DNA of 64,000 nt, taken from Octopus sinensis. Lineage: Eukaryota. The position numbers and the translations under genes were made by a program. This document shows positions 38,745 to 51,035 of this stretch, one piece after another (position 1 is the stretch's first letter; each line of letters begins with the position of its first letter). The notes beneath the pieces are model-generated. The model made no database searches and had not been told where the DNA came from. It was given only the letters and a program-made list of their open reading frames with translations. The stretch spans positions 5,661-69,660 of the forward strand of contig NW_021834639.1 of NCBI RefSeq assembly GCF_006345805.1. The letters run 5' to 3'.

Positions 38745-39210
38745 ACAGTTCAACAAACGTGATCCCTAAAATAAGTACCAGATGTTAAGAAGTAAGTACT
38801 GGGGTCATTTTCTACGATTCAAGGATCTTTCCCTTTTGAACGGCAGTTTTCAACACAATTTCTAGTTAACTAAACACTTTTAAACTTCGTATACTGGTAG
38901 AATGTGTCAAAATAAAACATTTTTTCTCTTGGCTTTCTTGAGAAATTGTAATTATTAAGTTTAACGTAGTTTAATTTTTCGAATTTTAACCAATCGATGG
39001 CCTCTATTTAGCTAAAATCAATTTTCTCAAGAAAGCCAAAAGAAAAAAATATTTTATTTTGACACATTCTACCAGTATACGAAGTTTAAAAGTGTTTAGT
39101 TAACTAGAAATTGTGTTGAAAACTGCCGTTCAAAAGGAAAAGATCCCGATTCAACTCTTCAAGGCGGTGCCCCAGCATGGCTGCAGTCCAATGACTGAAA
39201 CAAGTAAAAG
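38745..39210 (+). mobile_element. SINE family B 3' part, split by a MITE
   Basis: aataagtacc..gtactggggtc before the MITE and ctcttcaaggcggtgccccagcatggctgcagtccaatgactgaaacaagtaaaagat after it. Confidence 0.8.
38823..39146. mobile_element. 324-bp MITE with about 125-bp TIRs and 8-bp TSD CGATTCAA
   Basis: Left GGATCTTTCCCTTTTGAACGGCAG.. versus right ..CTGCCGTTCAAAAGGAAAAGATCC; TSD at 38815-38822 and 39147-39154. Confidence 0.92.
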
Positions 39211-40113
39211 ATGGAAGAAAGGGTTATGTATGTATGTGCGTGTATGTATGTAATGTTTGTATGTGTATGTATCTATATATTTGTGTGTGTGTGTGTGCAC
39301 GCGCGTGTATATATATGTGTTTGTAGTGGTTCGGTGCAGTGTAGGTCGTGGAAGTCATATACAAGCAATCAAATGATTGAATATGGTAAAAACAAATGAA
39401 GAGAAGCCTTGTGACTTATTTGAAATTTCATCCTGTGATTATGTTTCTGTCGCAACTGACCTGTGTTAATACCAGTTTATATCGTCAGGTGAGAGCCAGG
39501 ATCGTGAGACATCTCTGTTGCTCTCAGTGACTGAAGATGTACATCCACAACTCTTAACTCTCTCCTGTTATTCAGTATTCTTATGAGCTAATTCTACCCA
39601 ATTCCGGTTCTGTGTTGGTTGCTCCCTCAGCTTTAAATAATTTTATGGGATAATTCTATTCAATTCCCGATCCCTAATGGTTGGCCCTTCATCTGGAGTG
39701 TCACATGCTGTGACACCTTCTCCAGTGGAAACTTGATGTGTTCAGCTACCAGCCCAGGCTCGCGCAGAAGGGCAAACTATCAATGTATCGGCCGCTCTTT
39801 GGCAGGTTTGTGGTCGAGCCTGTAGGAGTGGAGACCTCCAGCTTTCTCAGCAACCCCCCCACCTCAGCGGGACCACATCCTTGCTCGCCGTTATCGGGGT
39901 GGAGATGGTAATCTGCACGTATGAATCCCGTGAGCCTGAGTGGCCGTACCAGCGATTCTCCCTCACCAGCCTCCGGGGTAACGCCTTTTCCGTTTTGTTC
40001 TTAGGGCCATGAGCTGGACTGACAAGCCTCTTCAGATATTTCTTAGCTGTGAGGAAGAGGAAGGATATGACGGCTCAGACAGGACCCTTAATCAAAATCA
40101 GAAAACCACTTCA

Positions 40114-40330
40114 TTAACCATTCAACATTCAAATTATTCTGTCAAATGAAATACTTTTCCATTCACATTGTCTTTAATTAATCACATAACATCTCATAGC
40201 TTCGAAATTCTCATGATGTGACTGTATGCTTTCAGAATGACATTGTCGGGTAGGTATAAGAGGCTGGATCTGGTTGGTTTGAACATAAAACAGAAAGCTT
40301 ATTTGGGCTGGATATGGCCGGATTAAACGC
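40114..40330. mobile_element. Degenerate TTAA-ended (piggyBac-like) MITE
   Basis: ttaacc..tctgtcaaatg..cagaatgacattgtcgggtagg..gaggctggatctgg..gtttgaacataaaacag..ggatatggccgg; resembles a recalled octopus MITE; right end decayed. Confidence 0.4.
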
Positions 40331-40559
40331 AAAAAAAAAAGAAGGAAATCATTATGAGACAATGAACAGAACGACCCCAGCTCGTATCGAATGACTTTAT
40401 GTCTGCCTTTTACATTACTGATTCAACTCACCCCCCCCCCCAAATACTACCCCCGGATGCTTCGCCAAAATTATCGCATTTAGATGTTTGTAGCTTTTTC
40501 TTTCTCATGGTATTTGGTTGGGTTGTTTTGTAGAAGTCTTCTGTTTTAATCTGGTTTGT

Positions 40560-41110
40560 CGCTCTCTGGAGATGGTGGTAGAGATGGTGGTGGTTGTAAT
40601 GGGAATGGTTGTGGTGGTGGCGGTGGTGGTGATGGTGATGGTGGTTGCTGTGTTGATGTTTATTATGTCGTCGGTGGTTTTCAACGTGATGATAATAATG
40701 GTGTGTTGTTGTTGTTGTTGGTGTGGTGGTGGTGGTGATGGTAGTAGTAACCGTGGGGGTAGAGTTCGTAATAGTATTAGTGACAGTATTTACGATCGTA
40801 GTGGCGGCGGTGGTGGTTGTTTTGGTGGTGGTAAATGTGACGGTATTCAAAATGCTGGTTATGACAATGATAATGATGGTGAGATTAATGATGAGCGTGA
40901 TGATTGTGATGACGATGATGATGACGATGATGATGATGAGGACGGTGATGATTGTGATGATGATGATGATGACGATGATGATGTTGATGATGATAATGAT
41001 GATTGTGATTGTGATGATGGTGATGATGATGATGATGATGAGGATAATGATGATGATGATGATGATTGTGATGATGATGGTGATGATGATGATGACGATG
41101 ATGATGACAA
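40560..41110. repeat. (GGT/GAT)n trinucleotide tract
   Basis: Directly visible. Confidence 0.95.
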
Positions 41111-41487
41111 GGATGGCGAGGGTGGGCAAGTAATGTTATAACAGTGATGTAGAAAAATGATGGTGGTGTCGATGGGGGGGGGGACGACAGGGTGCGTTGC
41201 CGGTATCGGCGGCGGCGGCGGCGATTACAAAGATGGCGTTCGTAGGTGGCGGTTGTTGTTATTTCATCGTTGTTATTTCATTCTTCAAAAACAGTGGAAA
41301 GAAAAATGATTATCTTTTGTATGGAAAGAAATATTTTAACAACCTGATTCCATCGATTTATAATGTGCTAAATTGGTGGTGAGCAATTGATAATAGATAG
41401 GTAAGAACAGACACACACACACACATATATGCATATATATATATATATGCACATATATATATGCATATATATATATATTTGTGTGTG

Positions 41488-41520
<33 letters not shown>

Positions 41521-41745
41521 GTGAATGTGTATCCAGATTTATCTTTAAAAATCCGAACAAATAAACATACAAATTGATAATTATGTAGATATATGCAACC
41601 AGAATATAATTTTGTGCTTATTATATGTATATATATGTATATATATTTATATATATATTATTATATATATATATATAATGTATATATATGTATATATATA
41701 TATATATATGTATATATATTATATATATTGTATATATATGTATAT

Positions 41746-41804
<59 letters not shown>

Positions 41805-42229
41805 CGTATGCATCTATATATATATATATGTATATGTATGTGGTGTATAAGGAGTGCGTCAGTGCATATATGCACCGATTGTGCTGGGCGTAAAAAGGTG
41901 TGTGTGTATCTGTGTGTATGTATGTGTGTGTATGTATGTATGTGTGTGTGTGTGTGCGTGCGTGCGTGTGTGTCACCAAAATTCATAAAAATCACAACAA
42001 CCTATGAGGCAGCCATATTAATTTTGATAACACGAAAATTGGAAGAAAAAAAAAAAGTGAATATTTTCCGATGTTTTCTTTTCGTTTTGCTTTTTGTTAT
42101 CTTCTCTCTTTTTACTTGTTTTTTTTTTTTCTTTTTATTACGTATTTCTTCCTTTTTCCTTTAGAAATTCTTCATATCTCTTGTAACAATCTTCTTTTGT
42201 TATTGTAGTTGATGTTGCTTCACTTGTTG

Positions 42230-42895
42230 TTGCTGTCGTAGAAGTAGTAGTAGTAGTCGTAGTAGTAGTAGTACTAGTAATTGTGGTGGTGGTGGTGTTA
42301 GTAGTAGTAGTAGTAAATAATAGTGGTAGTAGAAATGGTGGTGGTGATGACGGTAGTTGTAGTAGTAGTAGTAGTAGTAGTAATTGTGGTGGTGGTGGTG
42401 GTGTTAGTAGTAGTAGTAGTAATAATAGTGGTAGTAGTAATGGTGGTGGTGATGACGGTAGTTGTAGTAGTAGTATAGTAGTAGTAGTAGTAATTGTGGT
42501 GATGGTGGTGGTGTTAGTAGTAGTAGTAGTAAATAATAGTGGTAGTAGTAATGGTGGTGGTGATGACGGTAGTTGTAGTAGTAGTAGTAGTAGTAGTAGT
42601 AATTGTGGTGGTGGTTATGGTGGTGGTAGTGGTGGTAGTGTTAGTAGTTCTAATGATAGTGGTAGTAGTAATGGTGGTAGTGGTAGTGATGATGACGGTA
42701 GTTGTAGCAGTAGTAGTAGTAATATTGGTGGTGGTAGTGGTGGTGATGATAGTAGTAGTGGTGGTTGTAGTGATAATAATAGTGCTAGTAGCAGTAGTAA
42801 TGGTGGTGGTAGTGGTAGTAGTGGTAGTAGTAGTAGTAATAGTAGTAGTAGTAGTTGTTGTTATTCTTATCATTGTTGTTGTTGTTGTTGTTAAC
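42230..42895. repeat. (GTA/GTG)n tract with a higher-order unit repeated three times
   Basis: aataatagtggtagtag.aatggtggtggtgatgacggtagttgtagtag at about 42318, 42421 and 42532. Confidence 0.9.
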
Positions 42896-43384
42896 AAGCC
42901 AATAACGGCGTTTACACTGGTTTACACAGTTCCCTGTGGAACCAAGCAGTTCCTGAGATGCTAAAACACGGTAAACAGCAACAACAATAGCATCAGCCGC
43001 AACAACAACAACACAACAACTCAGTTGATAACAACAACAACAACAACAATGTATATATACATATATATATATATATATTATACAGATTCGTCTGAGAATT
43101 CTTGTCTTGCATCCATGTTGTGGAAGATGAAAGGAATATTTTCAGTAAATTTATCTGGTTTAGATAAACAGAGAAATTACTTTGAGAGCAGGTACAGCTA
43201 ACAACAACAACAACAACAACAACAGCAGCAGCAGCAGTAGCAGCAGCAACAACAACAACAAAAATATCAATGACAGGAACGACAACAATAAAAACAAAAA
43301 CGGTAACAACACTAACAACAGCAATAATAAACAACAACAAATGCAATAATAACCACAACAGCAATAACAATGATAATAATCCTT

Positions 43385-43600
43385 TCTGCTTCGGGCAGAA
43401 GACCGGGAATTTCGGGTTGGTGGGGGTAGGGGGGGTTAAGTCGGTTACATCGACCCCAGTGGGTAACTGGTACTTACGTTATCGACCCCGAAAGGATGAA
43501 AGGCAAAGTCGACCTCAGCGGAATTTGAACTCAGAACGTAAAGAGACGGACATAAATGCCGCTAAGCATTTTTGTCTCTTGCGTGATAACGGTTCTGCAG
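43385..43600 (-). mobile_element. SINE family A
   Basis: atcgaccccgaaaggatgaaaggcaaagtcgacctcagcggaatttgaactcagaacg..gctaagcatttt. Confidence 0.85.
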
Positions 43601-43665
43601 GGCCAGCAATTTCGGAGGAACGGGGGTAAGTCTTTATAACAACAACAAAAAAAGAAAGAGGATAG

Positions 43666-43699
<34 letters not shown>

Positions 43700-43956
43700 G
43701 AAGAAGAAGAGGAAACGGAGGATTATGATAATGATGAAGAGGAAAAGAGGAAGCGGAGGATAATGATGATGATGATGATGCCCATCCTCCACGTGCTACT
43801 GATCGAAAATCTGGATGCAGATGAACAAACGGGATGCAAATAATAAAACAAGCACATTGTGAGTTAGTCATGCAGCAGAAACATATGTCGGACAGAGATT
43901 TAGATTAAATATGTCGTAAAATTACTGCAATATACATATATATATATATATATATA

Positions 43957-45249
43957 TCAAGTCATCCCATAAGTTCTCTCCGAATTTTGAATAACGAAAA
44001 CAAGCGATCAAATGTTATATTTAATTGGAATTTAATCATCAATGTACTTTCCCTGATTATCTATGACTTCCTTCCATCTATTTACAAGCTTTTTAATCCC
44101 TTCAATGTAAAACTCTTTTGGTTTCAAAGCGAAGAGCTCTGAATTGTCAGTTTCGACCTCCTCCTGGCTTGTGAAAGTTATGTCCCCCAAATGATTCTGT
44201 AACCTACGAAACAAATGGTAGTCTGAAGGAGCAAGGTCGGCAGAATAAGGTGGATGAGGAATTTTTTCCTCAACCAAGCTCTTCGATCTTCTGTGATGTG
44301 ATCTTTGCAGTGTGGGGTCGAGCATCGTCCTGATGAAACATCACTCCTTTTCGATTCACTAAAAAGGGTCTTTTTTCTTCAAAGCTTGGTTCAAACGCTC
44401 TACTTGCTGATAGTAGACTTGAGCATTGATTGTTGCATTAGGTGGTAACAATTCAAAGTTAATTACTCCTTTGCAATCCCACCTGATAAAGAAAAGAACC
44501 TTTTTCCCATGAAGTTCCCTTCTCGGTTGTGGTTGAGCTTTTCCCCTTTTACCAAGCCACTTTTTACGACGTTTAACATTTCGATAGAAGATCCAATTTT
44601 TGTCACCAGTCACAAGTCTATACAAAAAGGGTGAAATAACTTCGCGAGAATGGAGAGAAGAGCAGATGTCAACTCGGGATTTGCGGTTGCTTTCGGACAA
44701 TTCATGAGGGCCCCATTTTCCAAGTTTAGGAACCTTTCCAAGTTGTTAAAGATGACGATAAACAGTTGTATGGTTTGAACTAAGCCTTATTGCCAATTCT
44801 TCAACTGATAATACAGGATTTTCTTCAAGTAATGCCTCAAGGACCTTATCATCACACTCAACTGGACGTCCTGTTCGATCTTCCTCTTCAAGGCTGAAAT
44901 CTCCACTTCTGAATTTTGTAAACCATCTCCTGCAAGTTCTTTCATTCAAGCATTCTTTCCCATAAACTGAGTGTATGTTTCGACTCGCTTTGGTTACAGA
45001 GTTTCTTTTTTTTTTGTACTCCTAAAACATTATGTACCTCAAATACTCTTTGGATACTTCCATGGTAGAAAGGGTTTTAATCAAAGAAAATATTAATTCT
45101 ATTATTCTGTAAAATAATATTTAATTAGTTTAAATGTACATAAATGCATAAAAATATTTTTTAATTCCATTAGACATTCTAAAATACTATTAAATTTCAT
45201 TCAATTTTAAAAAAGGTGAAATCAGGCAGAACTTATGGGGACGACCTGA
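43957..45249 (-). mobile_element. Full-length (1293 bp) mariner DD34D transposon with TIRs and TA target duplication
   Basis: TA|TCAAGTCATCCCATAAGTTCT at the left end; right end is the reverse complement of TA|TCAGGTCGTCCCCATAAGTTCT; TA at 43955-56 and 45250-51. Confidence 0.95.
44032..45063 (-). pseudogene. Disrupted mariner transposase (about 343 codons)
   Basis: MEVSKEYLRYIMF*..ERTCRRWFTKFRSGDFSLE..GRP; WGPHEL (WVPHEL); VTGDK; QDDARPH; YSADLAPSDYHLF; split by a stop and frameshifts. Confidence 0.92.
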
Positions 45250-45461
45250 TATAACGTTGATAACGATGAGAAAACTTGAGATTTTATTCACATCCGAAAA
45301 CCTCTTTTTTTAAAATGTTTTCTGCAGCATGAACATCTGACCTACATAGGATTCAACTGCAGCGACTCTACATTGCTTTGGATGCAATTATATATTCTAG
45401 TCGTTGCAATTTCATCAAGGGTCCATCACTCACGGAACCATATGGTTGGGAAGCATGCTTC

Positions 45462-46263
45462 TTATTTCGTTATTGCCCACAAGGGGCTAAAGATAGAGGG
45501 ACATACAAAGGGATTAAGTCGATTACATCGACCCCAGTACGTAACTGGTACTTAATTTATCGACCCCAAAAGGAAGAAGGGCAAAGTCGATCTCGGCGGA
45601 ATTTGAACTCAGAAAATAGCGGCAGACGAAATACCTATTTCTTTACTACCCACAAGGGGCCAAACACAGAGAGGACTAACAAGGACAGACAAAGGGATTA
45701 AGTTGATTACATCGACCCCAGTGCGTAACTGGTACTTATTTAATCGACCCCGAAAGGATGAAAGGCAAAGTCGACTTCGGAGGAATTTGAACTCAGAACG
45801 TAACAGCCGACAAATGCCGCTAAGCATTTCGCCCAGCGTGCTAACGTTTCTTATTTCTTTATTGCTCACATAGGGCTAAACACAGAGGGGACAAACAAGG
45901 ACAGACAAAGGTATTAAGTCGATTACATCCACCCCAGTGCGTAACTGGTACTTATTTAATCGACCCCGAAAGGATGAAAGGCAAACTCAACCTCGGCGGA
46001 ATTTGAACTCAGAACGTAACGGCCGACAAATACCTATTTCTTTATTACCCACAAGGGGCTAAACACAGAGGGGACAAACAAGGACAGACATAGGTATTAA
46101 GTCGATTACATGGACCCCAGTGCGTAACTGGTACTTAATTTATCGACCCCGAAAGGATGAGAGGCAAAGTCGACCTCGGCGGAATTTGAACTCACAACGT
46201 AACACAGACGAAATACCGCTAAGCATTTCGCCCGGTGTGGTAACGTTTCTGCCAGCTCACCGC
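45462..46263 (-). mobile_element. SINE family A head-to-tail tetramer
   Basis: Units about 45462-45634, 45635-45850, 45851-46033 and 46034-46263; only the last retains the complete head. Confidence 0.9.
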
Positions 46264-46739
46264 ATATAAAGCGCATGCGTAGCTGTGTGCTAAAGGAGCA
46301 TGCTTCTTAGCACACAGCCGCGCATGCACCTTATATACTGGAGGTAATAGTGCGTGCGTGCGTGCTTATGTATGTTTACATGGGTTATATGAACTATTAA
46401 GCAAACAACGAATCGCTGAAACGCTGATTTGAATTGGTATCTTCGCGTAGACATATGACCTTTAAAGCTTCCAGGTACTTTACATCTATTATTATATTTC
46501 CAAATAAGCAATTATTTAACTGAAACATTTCACAAATACTTATCTTGTATTTCCTTTATTTTCTAAATACTTTTCACAAAATGTTCGCTGGAACGTAGAC
46601 TAACAGGGCATTATATTATCATTTATAAGTTTTGGCTATTTTCATCGTCATAATTTTCCTACTTTATGATATTATTTCAAAGAAACGATATAACAGTAAC
46701 CAATAAAGCTGGAATTTTTATCTTGTTTTTTTTTTTTAC

Positions 46740-46960
46740 ATTCTTTTACTTGCTTCAGTCATTTTACTGTGGCCATGCTGGAGCACATCACCTTGAAGGG
46801 TTTTAGTCGAATAATCGATACCAACACTTATTTTCTAAGCCTAGTACTTATTTTATGCGTCACGTTTTGCCGAGCCGCTAGGTTACGGGAACGTAAACAC
46901 TCCGGTTGTCAAGCTGTGATGGTAGGGACAAACACAAGTACAATGACACACAGATGTATA
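46740..46960 (-). mobile_element. SINE family B 3' half
   Basis: ttttacttgcttcagtcattttactgtggccatgctggagcac..gccgagccgctaggttacgggaacgtaaacac..ggttgtcaagc. Confidence 0.8.
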
Positions 46961-47296
46961 CATATATATATATATATATCACCGGTGTCATTGAGGTAAG
47001 GAAAAAATTATCAACGACACCGCTAATTGACACATTCCACACATTATTAATTAGCATAATAGCATAGCCAGTAAAATTTCGGGAAGTAATAACTCGTAAT
47101 AAATTTTTTAGTTTTAATAAAAGCAAATATTTTCTAAATCTAAATATTTTATTTGAAATTTTATCCTCAGCTGCAATATTTTAAGTAAAAATCTTTCTTT
47201 TTCTGTATTTTACCAGATGTAAATAACTTGTCAAGGTTTATAATCTTAAGAATATTATTTCTCTTGCTCGCATTTTTCCATGTAATATTTAATATT

Positions 47297-47450
47297 TGGT
47301 CCTTTTAAGGCGGTGAGCCTGCAGAATCATTAACACGCCGGACTAAATACATAACAGCATTTCTTCCGTCTATACGTTCTGAGTTCAAATTCTGCCGAGG
47401 GTCGGTCGTCTTTGTCTTTCATCCTTTCGAAGTCGGTGAAAGAAGTACTG
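47297..47450 (+). mobile_element. SINE family A (5' part), followed by a reverse family C head to about 47560
   Basis: ttaaggcggtgagcctgcagaatcattaacacgccgg..cgttctgagttcaaattctgccgagg..ttcatcctttcg. Confidence 0.75.
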
Positions 47451-48079
47451 AATGGTTGGAGCAACGTGAAGTAAAGAGTCTTCCTCAAGGTCACACTGCG
47501 CCGCCGGGAATCGAACTCACGACCGGTGAGCAGAATACCCTAACCACTAAACCACGCATCTCCACAGTTGGTTTTCAAACGCTTCATATTTAACTTAATT
47601 CTATTCTCAAGATTTAATTCTGATTCGCTGAAGCTTTTTTTTTTCCTGTATCCCAATTAATCAGTACCAAACCAAGTATAGGAATCTTAGTACACATTTT
47701 CTTATGCTTCACTAACATTTCCTTCCTTCATTTTAATCCATATTTTCATATCTGTTCATCTTTCATTATTTAGCTTTCATACCAAAATATTCATTATCAC
47801 GCAATTTCCTTTTAACTGATATCTTATGTTTACTCTATGGTCTCTTATAGTTACCCGCTCTATTGTTCTGACGCCTACCAAGATTTTCTCAATAATAAAT
47901 TACGCAGTATTGTCATTCACATTATCAGCTTTACACTAACTTGCAACGGTTAATGTTATTTTAAGAAACGTGTCACTTCTTTGCACATATAACCACGTAT
48001 ATATATATACATATGTATATATATATTTGCATATCGATTAACAGGTATAATTTTATCTAATATGAGGGTTTCTATGTTG

Positions 48080-48620
<541 letters not shown>

Positions 48621-49415
48621 AGGTAGACGGAGATATGCCAATATATTTTCCACACCCAGATATTTGAGTATGCCGCTCACTACACTCAATATTTTAAGTT
48701 AAACTAAATACTTAGTTATATGTTTTGGGTTGTTGTTTTTTAAAATTAAACTGGTATAAATTATAACTGTTCCTATCCTATTGATGCCATTTGTATAAAA
48801 TTTCAACCAAAAGAGAACCATTTTAATGGTTCAGCGATACAGCTGGTATAATTTTTTTTTTTATTTCTTATCAAATTATTATGTTTAAAAGCCGTAATTT
48901 AATCATTCTTATCTCTACAGAGTTCAAACCCTAGGTGATTGTCATGTTTAGTGGAATGAAGCAACTAATTGCTGTTGTTGTGAGTCTGTAAGACAGTTCC
49001 GGGTGTCCAGGGGTGCTTCGAGGCTACATCCTGAGCCTTATATTAAAACACAACGTGGCTGAGTCCCCGAGAAAGATCTAAAATAGGTTGAATTAAGGCA
49101 CCATCTGATTACACGCACACTCTGTTTGTCTGTCTGTCTGACTGTCTGTCTCTATCTATCTATCCATCTATCTATCTCCCTCTCTCTCTCTCTTCTATTA
49201 TATATATATTATATTTAAGTAGGTGAATGAATTATCCTATGTTTTATCGTCAGCATGGAAAATTCGTTTAACCGAAACCTGTGTAGCAAATTCACGTCAG
49301 AAAACACGTTGAAACGAACGACCCTTTATTCCTTTGGAATGAGACACGCTGTCTTCGAAACATGTATCGAGAGTAAAGGTATTTTGTTAACATCTTCGTT
49401 CGACTCCAGTCTTTC

Positions 49416-49459
<44 letters not shown>

Positions 49460-49618
49460 ATATTATATATATATATAATATATACATATATATATCATAT
49501 ATATATATATATATACATATATATAGGGAGAGTTCACGAAAAAACAAAAGACGAAGACATTGGTGTACAAAACAAACAGATGTATTAGTATAATGCAACG
49601 CTCAGGAATTTAAAAAGT

Positions 49619-49654
49619 CTTTTACGTTTCGAGCCTACGCTCTTCGACAGAAAG
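49619..49654 (-). ncRNA. Minimal type I hammerhead-ribozyme-like motif (core variant CUGUCGA), probably in a Penelope-derived repeat
   Basis: Minus strand: CUUU-CUGUCGA-A-GAGC(GUAG)GCUC-GAAAC-GUA-AAAG, giving stem I, core, stem II, palindromic ACGU stem III and GUA cleavage triplet. Confidence 0.55.
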
Positions 49655-49987
49655 GTACACAGTGAAAAAAAAAACAAAGAGAGAAAAAAATGTGTGTAGT
49701 GGCTACCGATCTCCCTGTTTTTCTCGCCCTCTTTTCTCTCTCTCTCTCTCTTGCTCTCTTTCTCTCTCTTTCACTCTCACTCGCACACACACATACACAC
49801 ACACACACACACACTCACACACACGTCATCTATCTTATTTGTATCGCCTACGGCCGTTACTGGTAATACCAAGTTCATTTCTGATATTTTTGTTATAAAA
49901 CAGTTTGCTTTTCGTTTGTTTACTTATATTGTGTAAAAGATTTTACCTTTCATAAACTCACTTGAACTACATAGAATCTTCCGTATG

Positions 49988-50423
49988 CGGCAGACGAAAT
50001 TCCTATTTCTTTACTACCCACAAGGGGCTAAACACAGAGGGGACAAACAAGGACAGACAAACGAATTAAGTTGATTATATCGACCCCAGTGCGTAACTGG
50101 TACTTATTTAATCGACCCCGAAAGGATGAAAAGCAAAGTCGACCTCGGCGGAATTTGAACACAGAACGTAAAGACAGACGAACTACCTATTTCTTTACTA
50201 CCCACAAGGGGCTACACACAGAGGGGACAAACAAGGGCAGACGAATGAATTAAGTCGATTATATCGACCCCGGTTGCGTAACTAGTACTTATTTAATCGA
50301 ATCCGAAAGGGATGAAAGTTCAAAGTCGACCTTGGCGGAATTTAAACTCAGAACCTAACGGCAGACGAAATACCGCTAAGCATTTCGCCCGGCGTGCTAA
50401 CGTTTCTGCCAGCTCGCCGCCCT
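49988..50423 (-). mobile_element. SINE family A dimer plus remnant of a third unit
   Basis: Junctions gacgaaattc|ctatttc (about 50002) and gacgaactac|ctatttc (about 50186); head ends gccagctcgccgcc. Confidence 0.9.
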
Positions 50424-50997
50424 AAATTGAAAGATATTAACTATTTTAAAATAGGATAATCTCTTGACATTATGTTAATACAGATCTCTATCAACCTTAC
50501 AATAGCTGGTTTTCTCAGTTGCCTCAAATAATTTCCGGATATTTTCGTATGATGATAGACCGTTACAAATCCCACGCTTTCAACATAGACACATCATTTT
50601 TCGCCTAACGTTCATCCTTTATTTGTTTTATCTAATTTTTTCTCCAGTTTTTTTTTTTTGGTCTTTTTTGTCTTTTTATCAAATATTGAACATAATCTCA
50701 TTTCGATCAATTCAATTGGGATTTCGAATTCCTTTATCGATAATGATAATGCATCGACTTTGTTGACCCTTAGATCCCTTTAAAAGATGTGTGTATAAGG
50801 GTCTTGTGCGTATGTGTTTACACATAGATACACACTCACACGCACAACGACATACATATATACATACATACATATATATATATACATATATAGATATATA
50901 TAATATTATATATTTTATATATATATATATATAGATATTGATAAATTATATATATATATATATATTATATTTATTATATATATTATGTTATATATAG

Positions 50998-51035
<38 letters not shown>

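Noticed and set aside
43087-43192. Open 106-nt plus-strand exon candidate (DSSENSCLASMLWKMKG..)
   Set aside because: The acceptor is preceded by (TA)n rather than a pyrimidine tract, the donor (GTACAG) is weak and the peptide is unrecognised.
45330-45430. GIY-YIG endonuclease-like fragment on the minus strand
   Set aside because: Needs several frameshifts to read C..NIIYCI.C.RC..YVGQ; not supportable by eye.
45462-46263. CRISPR-like or satellite array
   Set aside because: Units are about 180-230 bp SINE copies with no unique spacers; eukaryotic context; no cas genes.
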